This document shows, piece by piece, positions 1 through 6,609 of a stretch of DNA of 18,555 nt. The position numbers were made by a program, and so were the translations under genes. A model generated the notes under the pieces. The model searched no databases. It had not been told where the DNA came from and saw only the letters and a list, made by a program, of their open reading frames with translations. Source of the stretch: Desulfobulbaceae bacterium UBA2276 (GTDB lineage: Bacteria > Desulfobacterota > Desulfobulbia > Desulfobulbales > Desulfocapsaceae); contig DDWW01000033.1 in assembly GCA_002347085.1 (NCBI GenBank), positions 1 to 18,555 of the forward strand, in the 5' to 3' direction. Within the stretch, counting starts at the first letter, position 1. The number at the start of each line of letters is the position of its first letter.

Positions 1-189
1 GATTTTTTTCAAAAAGAGCTCTCGCTTCGTTTCGTCCTTCCTGATCAGGGGGGTGATGAGACCTCTGGTGGGCAGGAAAGCCCATTGAGGGAGCGGCACC
101 TGCTGGCGAATGATCCCTTGGTGCTCATGACCGCCGAGATCTTTAACGGCCAGATAGGGGATATCAGGGTGGGGGAGAAGTTCAGATAG
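1..189 (+). CDS. 3' end of an upstream gene (partial), most likely the DNA polymerase III tau/gamma subunit. It is open from base 1 in frame 1 with no internal stop and ends at TAG 187-189
   Basis: Frame 1 runs for 62 codons without a stop (…DPLVLMTAEIFNGQIGDIRVGEKFR*). dnaX sits immediately upstream of ybaB-recR in most bacteria. I did not recognise a diagnostic motif in this short tail. Confidence 0.4.
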   Translation, partial: DFFQKELSLRFVLPDQGGDETSGGQESPLRERHLLANDPLVLMTAEIFNGQIGDIRVGEKFR

Positions 190-367
190 GCTGTTGATGA
201 TCTAACCTGTTGTAAATAACAATATAGTTAGAGGGATATCCAGAACGGTATCAGGAACCGTAGCAAAACAAGCCAAACAGCACGTTTATTTCGTAACCAC
301 TCCTGAGAACCTTCTGTGTTGTGGTGAAGTAAACAAGATTTCTACAAGAGAACAGAGGACTATATAT

Positions 368-688
368 ATGGATATGAGCACCATTATGCAGCAGGCCCAG
401 CAGTTTCAACAGAATATGGCCAAGATCCAGGACGAACTTGCCCATAAGAAGGTCACTGGTACGGCAGGCGGTGGCATGGTTACGGTCACGGCCAATGGTA
501 AAAGCGAGATTCTCTCTCTGGTGATTGAGCCGGCCATGATTGTGGAGAAGGATGCTGATATGCTCCAGGATCTGATTGTGGCGGCGACGAATGATGCCCT
601 GCGCAAGGCACGAGAATTGGGGAAGGCCGATATGGGTAAATTGACAGGTGGATTGAATCTCCCTGGCCTTTCCAATATGTTTGGCTAA
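368..688 (+). CDS. ybaB: YbaB/EbfC family nucleoid-associated DNA-binding protein
   Basis: 106 aa, starting MDMSTIMQQAQQFQQNMAKIQDEL… with a GG-rich centre and a C-terminal LTGGLNLPG. The sequence and the position just upstream of recR are typical of YbaB. AGAGGA at 354-359 is spaced correctly as an SD for ATG 368. Confidence 0.9.
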   Translation: MDMSTIMQQAQQFQQNMAKIQDELAHKKVTGTAGGGMVTVTANGKSEILSLVIEPAMIVEKDADMLQDLIVAATNDALRKARELGKADMGKLTGGLNLPGLSNMFG

Positions 689-694
689 GGGGTT

Positions 695-1303
695 GTGGTC
701 GTGCAGATCGTTCCTCCCGCCCTTGACCGGCTGATTCGCGCCTTGAGCCGTTTACCGGGGATTGGCAATAAAACTGCGGCCCGACTGGCCATGAATATCC
801 TCCGTCGTCATAGGAATGAGGCCCGTGAGTTGGCGGCGGCCTTGTCTGAATTGCACGAGGCGATTCAGCTCTGCTCCTGCTGCTTTACCTTCTCGGAAGA
901 AGAGCCTTGCGCTATCTGCGCTGATCCCCGGAGAAATAGGGAGTTGGTCTGTGTGGTGGAGCAACCGGGGGACCTGCTGGCCATAGAAAAGACCGGGAGC
1001 TTTCATGGCCATTATCATATCCTCCATGGTGTCCTCTCGCCTATGGATGGGATTGGCCCCGGCGAGATCAAGGTTGAGGAGTTGATAGCCAGAATTAACA
1101 GCGGAACCATCCGCGAGATTTTGATTGCCACCAGTTCCACTGTCCCAGGAGAGGCTACGGCGTCTTTTCTTATAGATCTGCTGCATAATAAAGGGGTGGC
1201 TTTGACCCGTCTGGCTTGCGGTATTCCTATGGGGATGGATATAAAATATGCAGATCGGCACACCCTGGCCCGGGCCATTGAAACAAGGACAAACGCCGAC
1301 TGA
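695..1303 (+). CDS. recR: Recombination protein RecR (GTG start)
   Basis: 202 aa. It has an N-terminal helix-hairpin-helix (RLPGIGNKTAARLAMNIL), a C4 zinc finger (CSCCFTF…CAICAD) and a Toprim-like C-terminus (VCVVEQPGDLLAIEKTG). Conserved ybaB-recR synteny supports the call. Confidence 0.92.
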   Translation: MVVQIVPPALDRLIRALSRLPGIGNKTAARLAMNILRRHRNEARELAAALSELHEAIQLCSCCFTFSEEEPCAICADPRRNRELVCVVEQPGDLLAIEKTGSFHGHYHILHGVLSPMDGIGPGEIKVEELIARINSGTIREILIATSSTVPGEATASFLIDLLHNKGVALTRLACGIPMGMDIKYADRHTLARAIETRTNAD

Positions 1304-1455
1304 TTCCTTGGAAAAGGCAGAGGACGTAAGGTCTATTTTTTCTTGACAGGGGGCAGATTTACTGGTAATTGAAAGAGTTTCCAACGTTCTTGATGACTTT
1401 GAAAAAAATACGCAAGCGGGATCGTTGTGCGGATTTGTGTTGTATTATTGTAAAT

Positions 1456-1530
1456 AGGCGCGTAGCTCAGGGGGAGAGCGCTACCTTGACATGGTAGAAG
1501 TCGGCGGTTCGAAACCGCCCGCGCCTACCA
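1456..1530 (+). tRNA. tRNA-Val, anticodon GAC
   Basis: The cloverleaf was folded by hand. The acceptor is AGGCGCG/CGCGCCT, the D-stem is GCTC/GAGC, the anticodon stem is CTACC/GGTAG with loop TTGACAT (GAC at positions 34-36), the T-arm is GGCGG-TTCGAAA-CCGCC, and the 3' end is an A discriminator plus encoded CCA. Confidence 0.9.
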
Positions 1531-1535
1531 GAAAT

Positions 1536-1590
1536 AAGGCTAAAGAGAAACGGGCGTCATGCTTTCGTTTCCTCTTTGGCCTTTATTTTT
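1536..1590 (+). terminator. Probable intrinsic terminator after tRNA-Val
   Basis: A long imperfect hairpin (AAGGCTAAAGAGAAACG … CGTTTCCTCTTTGGCCTT) is followed by TTTATTTTT. Confidence 0.5.
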
Positions 1591-1720
1591 AGGACTCATT
1601 ACGAAACAGTTCTTCTTTTTATGACTTTTTGTAATGGGTCATGAACATAACAAGATGACATCATTGATACATTATTTATTCGTATCAACGCATCAATGAG
1701 TTAATCAATAGATACTCCCG

Positions 1721-3649
1721 ATGACAGATATTCAGGTTACTCTCCAGGGTGGCGAAACTATCCAATTGCCGGCTGCGACTTCGGTGCAGGATGCGTTGGC
1801 CCGACTCTTATCTAACAAACAGCGCAAGCTCACTGTTGCCGCTATTGTTGATGGCGTCAGCGTTGATCTCAGCAGCCTTTTAGTCAAGGATGCCCTTATC
1901 AGTCCTATTCAGGTTGATAGTGCGGCTGGACTTGAGATCTTGCGACACAGTACCGCCCATGTTATGGCCCAGGCTGTTCGGGATCTCTTTGGGAGTGATG
2001 TCAAGGTCGCTATCGGGCCAGCCATTGAAGAGGGGTTTTACTACGATTTCGCCTTCGCCAAGACCTTCAGTCCTGAAGATTTTGACAAGATTGAGGCCCG
2101 CATGGCAGAGATTGCCGGCAAGGCCCTTCCCTTTGTTCGTAGCGAAGTAAAGGCCGCTGAGGCCCTTGCTGTCTTTGAGAAGCAGGGGGAAAAATATAAG
2201 GTGGAGCTTATTCGGGATCTTAATGCCGATATGGTCTCTACCTATAAGCTCGACGATTTTATTGACCTGTGCCGAGGCCCCCATCTTCCGGATACCTCCT
2301 GGCTCAAGGCCTTCAAGCTGTTGCGGGTGGCCGGCGCATACTGGCGCGGCAACGAGAAAAACGATGTCTTGCAGCGTATTTACGGCACCGCTTTTTTTGA
2401 TCAGAAGGAGCTGAAGAAGTATCTGTTCGCTCTCGAAGAGGCCAAAAAACGGGACCATCGTAAATTAGGCAAGGAGTTGGAGCTTTTTACCATTCAGGAT
2501 CAGATCGGGCCGGGCCTTATCCTCTGGCAGCCCAAGGGCGCACTGCTCAGAAGGCTGATCGAGGATTACTGGAAAGATGCGCATTATGATCACGATTATG
2601 AGCTCTTGTACACCCCTCATATCGCCCGTCAGGATCTCTGGAAGACCTCGGGACATCTTGATTTCTATGGGGAAAATATGTACTCGCCCATGGCTATTGA
2701 CGAGGTGCAGTATCAGCTCAAACCGATGAACTGTCCGTTCCATATCGGGATATATAACAGCCGGAAAAGGAGCTATCGCGAGTTTCCTATCCGCTGGTGC
2801 GAGCTGGGCACGGTCTATCGCTATGAACGGGCTGGCGCCCTGCACGGGTTGATGCGGGTGCGCGGGTTTACCCAGGACGATGCCCATATCTTTTGCCGTC
2901 CTGAACAACTGGAAAACGAGATTGTTAATATCCTGGAACTGAACCTGCTGATTCTCAAGACTTTCGGCTTTGATCAGTACGATATCTATCTTTCTACCCG
3001 GCCGGAAAAATATGTGGGCAGCGATGCCAATTGGGAGAAGGCCACCGAGGCCCTGAAGCTGGCACTTGACAAGAAAGGTCTTACCTATTCCCTTGATCCT
3101 GGTGAAGGCGTCTTCTATGGTCCCAAGATTGATATCAAGATCAAGGATCAATTGGGCCGCTCCTGGCAATGCTCGACTATCCAGGTTGATTTCAATCTTC
3201 CTGAGCGTTTTGACATGAGCTATACCGGCACTGATAATCAGGAACATCAGCCGATTATGATTCATCGGGCCTTGATGGGTTCGCTGGAGCGTTTTATCGG
3301 GGTACTGATCGAACATTATGCCGGCGCCTTTCCGCTCTGGCTGGCTCCAGTGCAGGTCAGGGTTATGAATATCACTGACGCCCAGGCCGATTATTGTGAA
3401 GCCCTCTATTCTCAGTTACGAAAACTGGGTGTACGGGTGGAAAAAGATTTACGCAATGAAAAGTTGAACTACAAGATCAGGGAAGCGCAAATGGCCAAGA
3501 CCCCGTATATGCTCATTATTGGGGATAAAGAAAAAGAGACTGGCACGGTAACGGTTCGCCTGCGTGACGGTAAAAATCTGCCGGAGATGACGGTTGCTGA
3601 TTTTGCGGTCAAAATTGCTGATGAATGTAAAGAAGGACGAGGTATTTAG
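1721..3649 (+). CDS. thrS: Threonyl-tRNA synthetase
   Basis: 642 aa. It has an N-terminal TGS-like domain, a second additional domain (HSTAHVMAQAV), class II catalytic motifs (HRKLGKELELF, FRGREIVY-like, GxGxER-type LGTVYRYERAGALHGLMRVRGFTQDDAHIF) and a C-terminal anticodon-binding domain. There is no obvious SD before ATG 1721. Confidence 0.95.
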   Translation: MTDIQVTLQGGETIQLPAATSVQDALARLLSNKQRKLTVAAIVDGVSVDLSSLLVKDALISPIQVDSAAGLEILRHSTAHVMAQAVRDLFGSDVKVAIGPAIEEGFYYDFAFAKTFSPEDFDKIEARMAEIAGKALPFVRSEVKAAEALAVFEKQGEKYKVELIRDLNADMVSTYKLDDFIDLCRGPHLPDTSWLKAFKLLRVAGAYWRGNEKNDVLQRIYGTAFFDQKELKKYLFALEEAKKRDHRKLGKELELFTIQDQIGPGLILWQPKGALLRRLIEDYWKDAHYDHDYELLYTPHIARQDLWKTSGHLDFYGENMYSPMAIDEVQYQLKPMNCPFHIGIYNSRKRSYREFPIRWCELGTVYRYERAGALHGLMRVRGFTQDDAHIFCRPEQLENEIVNILELNLLILKTFGFDQYDIYLSTRPEKYVGSDANWEKATEALKLALDKKGLTYSLDPGEGVFYGPKIDIKIKDQLGRSWQCSTIQVDFNLPERFDMSYTGTDNQEHQPIMIHRALMGSLERFIGVLIEHYAGAFPLWLAPVQVRVMNITDAQADYCEALYSQLRKLGVRVEKDLRNEKLNYKIREAQMAKTPYMLIIGDKEKETGTVTVRLRDGKNLPEMTVADFAVKIADECKEGRGI

Positions 3650-3698
3650 AAGCCGTTGCGAAATAAACACGCTCTTTCGTTGAGTTCGTTACGGCTTC
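3649..3698 (+). promoter_or_regulatory. Structured stem-loop A1 that begins on the G of the thrS stop codon. It belongs to the three-member CGTTACG hairpin family.
   Basis: The 5' arm is GAAGCCGTtGCG and the 3' arm is CGTtACGGCTTC. That gives 8 bp, a T·T mismatch, then 3-4 more bp. The loop is about 27 nt. CTTATGCCG follows the hairpin. Confidence 0.55.
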
Positions 3699-3751
3699 TT
3701 ATGCCGCTTACGACCTCCGAAGTAACTGTTTATTTTGCAAAGACGGCGTAG

Positions 3752-3800
3752 CAGTCGTTACGAACGAACTAACACGTTTTTGTCAGTTCCGTTACGACTG
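3752..3800 (+). promoter_or_regulatory. Stem-loop A2 of the same family in the thrS-infC spacer
   Basis: CAGTCGTtACG … CGTtACGACTG has the same architecture: an outer 7-bp stem, a T·T mismatch, an inner ACG/CGT pairing and a loop of about 27 nt. Confidence 0.5.
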
Positions 3801-3914
3801 TTTATGGTGTTATTGCTATCAAGATGACGATGTTATTTGGATGCAAAATGGTTTAGAAGCAGTTGAGGAGTGTCATTCTCAATATTGAGTTTGTAAGCGC
3901 AGGGAGGTAGAGAT

Positions 3915-4460
3915 ATTAACCCAAGAGGAAAAAGAGCCACGGTTCAACGTGAAGTAAAGGCCATTATCAATGAGATGATTCGTCATCCTCAGATCCGACT
4001 TGTCGGCAGTGATGGTAGTCCGTTGGGTGTTGTCACCGTGGACGAAGCACTGAAGATAGCCGATAATGAAGGGCTTGATTTAGTGGAGGTTTCAGCGAAT
4101 GCTGATCCCCCTGTTTGTCGGATAATGAACTATGATAAGTTTCGTTACGAACAGTCAAAAAAAGAGCAGGAAGCAAAAAAGAAGCAAACAACAGTTGAAA
4201 CCAAGGAAATTAAATTCCGGCCCAAAACTGATGACCATGATCTTGATTTCAAGATCAAAAATGTCCTCAAGTTTTTGCAACAAAAAAACAAGGTAAAGCT
4301 TACCATGCGTTTTCGAGGCCGTGAGATTGTCTATAGTCAGACCATTGGCCTGGATGCCATGCGAAAGATTGCAGCCTCTCTGGAGGCCGATGCCGTTATT
4401 CTGCAAGAACCGAAGATGGAAGGGCGACAATTGGTGATGTTTGTCGGCCCCAAGGCATGA
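3915..4460 (+). CDS. infC: Translation initiation factor IF-3. The start is inferred to be ATT (AUU) at 3915. The first in-frame ATG is at 3975.
   Basis: The ORF track begins at ATG 3975 (MIRHPQIRLVGSDGSPLG…). The same frame is open back to a TAA at 3894-3896. That upstream stretch encodes INPRGKRATVQREVKAIINE, which aligns with the conserved IF3 N-terminus (E. coli [25 protein letters not shown]). A strong SD, AGGGAGG at 3901-3907, sits 7 nt before ATT 3915. An AUU start for infC is a well-established, autoregulated feature. Confidence 0.8.
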   Translation: MNPRGKRATVQREVKAIINEMIRHPQIRLVGSDGSPLGVVTVDEALKIADNEGLDLVEVSANADPPVCRIMNYDKFRYEQSKKEQEAKKKQTTVETKEIKFRPKTDDHDLDFKIKNVLKFLQQKNKVKLTMRFRGREIVYSQTIGLDAMRKIAASLEADAVILQEPKMEGRQLVMFVGPKA

Positions 4461-4602
4461 GAGTGCTGTGTGAGAGTTGATAATAAAGTTGAAATAATTT
4501 ATTCTATTGGAAATAAAAAAACTGAATATACGTTGCTGCGTCATTCTTTGAGATAAGGAAAAAATTGGCAGTATTCTATAGGAAGTGCAAAGGAGCAAAA
4601 TT

Positions 4603-4800
4603 ATGCCAAAGATGAAGACAAAAAGAGGCGCCGCCAAACGTTTCAAGGCGACCGGATCAGGAAAAATTAAACGCGCCAAGGCCTTTACCAGCCATATCCT
4701 GACTAAAAAATCCACCAAGAGAAAGCGTAATCTGAGAAAGTCAGCTTTAGTTAATAGCACTGATATCAAAGGAATTCGCCGGATTCTGCCATACCTGTAA
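4603..4800 (+). CDS. rpmI: 50S ribosomal protein L35
   Basis: 65 aa, [24 protein letters not shown]…, with the canonical N-terminus. AAGGAG at 4589-4594 is the SD. The 4585 start in the ORF track is an upstream in-frame extension. Confidence 0.9.
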   Translation: MPKMKTKRGAAKRFKATGSGKIKRAKAFTSHILTKKSTKRKRNLRKSALVNSTDIKGIRRILPYL

Positions 4801-4922
4801 GCCCTCCTGGTGTATGGTTGTTCAAAAATATTATGTAAATATTCTCGTTTTTCCGGTTGTCCTTTATGGTCAAGGGCAAACGAGTTAAAGAGAATTAAAG
4901 AGAATTGACAAGGGAGTAAAAA

Positions 4923-5279
4923 ATGCCACGCGCGACGAGAGGGGTCAAGGCCCGAAGAAGAAGAAATAAGGTATTGAAATTAGCCAAAGGTTTCCGGGGC
5001 GGTCGTAGTCGTCTCTTTCGTTCCGCTGCCGAGGCCGTTGATCGTGCCCTTGTCTATGCCTACAGGGACAGACGCACCAAAAAACGTGATTTCCGCAGGT
5101 TGTGGATTGCGCGTATCAATGCCGGTGCTCACATGAACGACATCAGCTATAGCCAGCTTATCGGCGGCCTGAAAAAGGCGGGGATTGAACTGGATCGGAA
5201 GGTTCTTTCCAATATGGCCATCCTTGATGCGGCGGCCTTTTCAGAAGTTGTGAAGATAGCAGCAACAGCCAACGCCTGA
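4923..5279 (+). CDS. rplT: 50S ribosomal protein L20
   Basis: 118 aa, [26 protein letters not shown]…[10 protein letters not shown], which is diagnostic of L20. AGGGAG at 4911-4916 is the SD. Confidence 0.93.
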   Translation: MPRATRGVKARRRRNKVLKLAKGFRGGRSRLFRSAAEAVDRALVYAYRDRRTKKRDFRRLWIARINAGAHMNDISYSQLIGGLKKAGIELDRKVLSNMAILDAAAFSEVVKIAATANA

Positions 5280-5367
5280 TCTTCCTGGTAACAGGAAAAT
5301 CAGGAGCCGTTTCGACTAGTGGTCATGCTGTTTGTTTGCAAGGGCTTGATTATATCATGTTGATTTT

Positions 5368-5400
5368 ATGCCGGTTTTGATCTTTATCGAAACCGGCATG
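5368..5400 (+). terminator. Perfect 10-bp hairpin downstream of rplT, followed by GTTGCTTT. It could be a terminator or attenuator.
   Basis: The stem is ATGCCGGTTT-(12 nt)-AAACCGGCAT. The downstream U-tract is weak. Confidence 0.35.
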
Positions 5401-5476
5401 TTGCTTTAAGGGGATTCAAGATTTCTTGTCAGGTCCCTTATTGTGATTTAACGAACATCTACGTTTCTTGAGAGTT

Positions 5477-6490
5477 ATGGAGCAAGAGCTACTCAGCCTG
5501 CAGGACGAGGCCCGGAAAAATCTTGATCAACTTACCGATGGTGGTCAGTTGGAAGATTTTCGTATTCGTTATCTTGGCCGGAAAGGACTATGCAGTACCA
5601 TCATGCGGGAACTTGGTACTGTGGCCCCGGAAGAAAGGCCAAGGGTCGGTCAGTTGGCAAACACTATCAAGGCTGAAATAGAAAAACTCTTTGCGGAGAA
5701 AATGGCCTTACTTGGTGGTTCTTCGTCTGGGGCCACAGGGGCGACCACAATAGATCTGTCCCTTCCCGGCCGTTGTCCAGAGCCAGGCCGGTTGCATCCG
5801 GTGACCCAGATCATGACCGAGGTCTGCTCGATCTTTGAGGCCTTGGGTTTTTCTGTGGCCGAGGGTCCTGATGTTGAGCAGGATCACTATAATTTCGAGG
5901 CCCTGAATATCCCGGCGCACCATCCAGCCCGAGATATGCATGACACCTTCTATGTCAGCGAATCTATCCTCCTGCGTACCCACACCTCACCGATGCAGGC
6001 CCGGATCATGGAGAGCCAGCAGCCCCCGTTACGGGTTATTGCCCCAGGTAAGGTCTATCGCTGTGATTCTGATATTACCCACACCCCGATGTTTCATCAG
6101 GTGGAGGGATTTCTGGTTGATACCAAGGTCTCTTTTGCCGACCTGAAAGGGATTCTCACCGTTTTTACCCAAAAGATGTTTGATAAAGAACTGGCCCTGC
6201 GATTTCGCCCCAGTTTCTTCCCCTTTACTGAACCCAGCGCCGAGGTGGATATTGCCTGTGTTATCTGTGGCGGCTCCGGGTGCCGTGTCTGTAAACAGAC
6301 GGGATGGCTGGAGATCTTAGGTGCCGGGATGATCGACCCCGAGGTCTTTAAAATGGTGGGGTATGACCCTGAGATCTATAGCGGTTTTGCCTTTGGTCTG
6401 GGTATCGAGCGGATTGCCATGCTCAAGTACGGCATTAACGATATCAGACTTTATTACGAAAACGATCTGCGTTTTCTTTCACAGTTTTAG
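5477..6490 (+). CDS. pheS: Phenylalanyl-tRNA synthetase alpha subunit. The ATG at 5477 is preferred, and a TTG at 5468 is also possible.
   Basis: Class II motifs are present (…[20 protein letters not shown]…, …[17 protein letters not shown]…, …[22 protein letters not shown]…). The C-terminus (LRFLSQF) and the position before pheT fit. The SD is weak for either start. Confidence 0.9.
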   Translation: MEQELLSLQDEARKNLDQLTDGGQLEDFRIRYLGRKGLCSTIMRELGTVAPEERPRVGQLANTIKAEIEKLFAEKMALLGGSSSGATGATTIDLSLPGRCPEPGRLHPVTQIMTEVCSIFEALGFSVAEGPDVEQDHYNFEALNIPAHHPARDMHDTFYVSESILLRTHTSPMQARIMESQQPPLRVIAPGKVYRCDSDITHTPMFHQVEGFLVDTKVSFADLKGILTVFTQKMFDKELALRFRPSFFPFTEPSAEVDIACVICGGSGCRVCKQTGWLEILGAGMIDPEVFKMVGYDPEIYSGFAFGLGIERIAMLKYGINDIRLYYENDLRFLSQF

Positions 6491-6540
6491 GAGCCGTTAC
6501 GTAAAATCTTGGCCTTTTATAACTATTTCGTTACGGCTCC
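6490..6540 (+). promoter_or_regulatory. Stem-loop B that begins on the G of the pheS stop codon. It is homologous to A1.
   Basis: GGAGCCGTtACG … CGTtACGGCTCC, with CCTTATGCCG after it. It aligns with A1 in the same register relative to the stop codon (taG-RAGCCGTT). A compensatory A/G change in the 5' arm is matched by T/C in the 3' arm. Confidence 0.55.
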
Positions 6541-6609
6541 TTATGCCGTTTTAGATATCTATGTAGCCATGTTATTTATTGACAACGGCTCAGTGAGTTT
6601 GGAAATGTC

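Noticed and set aside
190-367. Possible SRP (4.5S/scRNA) gene in the dnaX-ybaB spacer, as found next to dnaX in some phyla
   Set aside because: Only a 5-bp hairpin (ACGGT…ACCGT) and a vague AGG…AGCA resemblance are present. There is no GNRA tetraloop or symmetric-loop motif of SRP domain IV, no long helix, and no GC-rich termini.
752-1384. 210-aa minus-strand ORF overlapping recR
   Set aside because: It is antisense to a confidently identified recR. The composition is typical of GC-rich antisense frames, and it has no motifs.
1531-1720. T-box riboswitch in the thrS leader
   Set aside because: There is no T-box consensus sequence, and no specifier-loop or antiterminator arrangement. The leader is simply AT-rich.
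2465-3316. 283-aa minus-strand ORF inside thrS
   Set aside because: It is antisense to thrS, which has unmistakable class II aaRS motifs. It is an artefact.
4155-4769. 204-aa minus-strand ORF spanning infC and rpmI
   Set aside because: It is low-complexity and AT-rich, and is antisense to two well-supported genes.
4885-4910. TTGACA at 4905 as an rplT promoter
   Set aside because: It lies only 12 nt before the rplT start codon, so a -10 would fall inside the coding sequence. It is more likely part of the leader or tandem-repeat region than a promoter.
5320-5410. pheM-like Phe-rich attenuator leader peptide upstream of pheS
   Set aside because: The small ORFs in the spacer have at most one Phe codon. 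There is no tandem Phe run.
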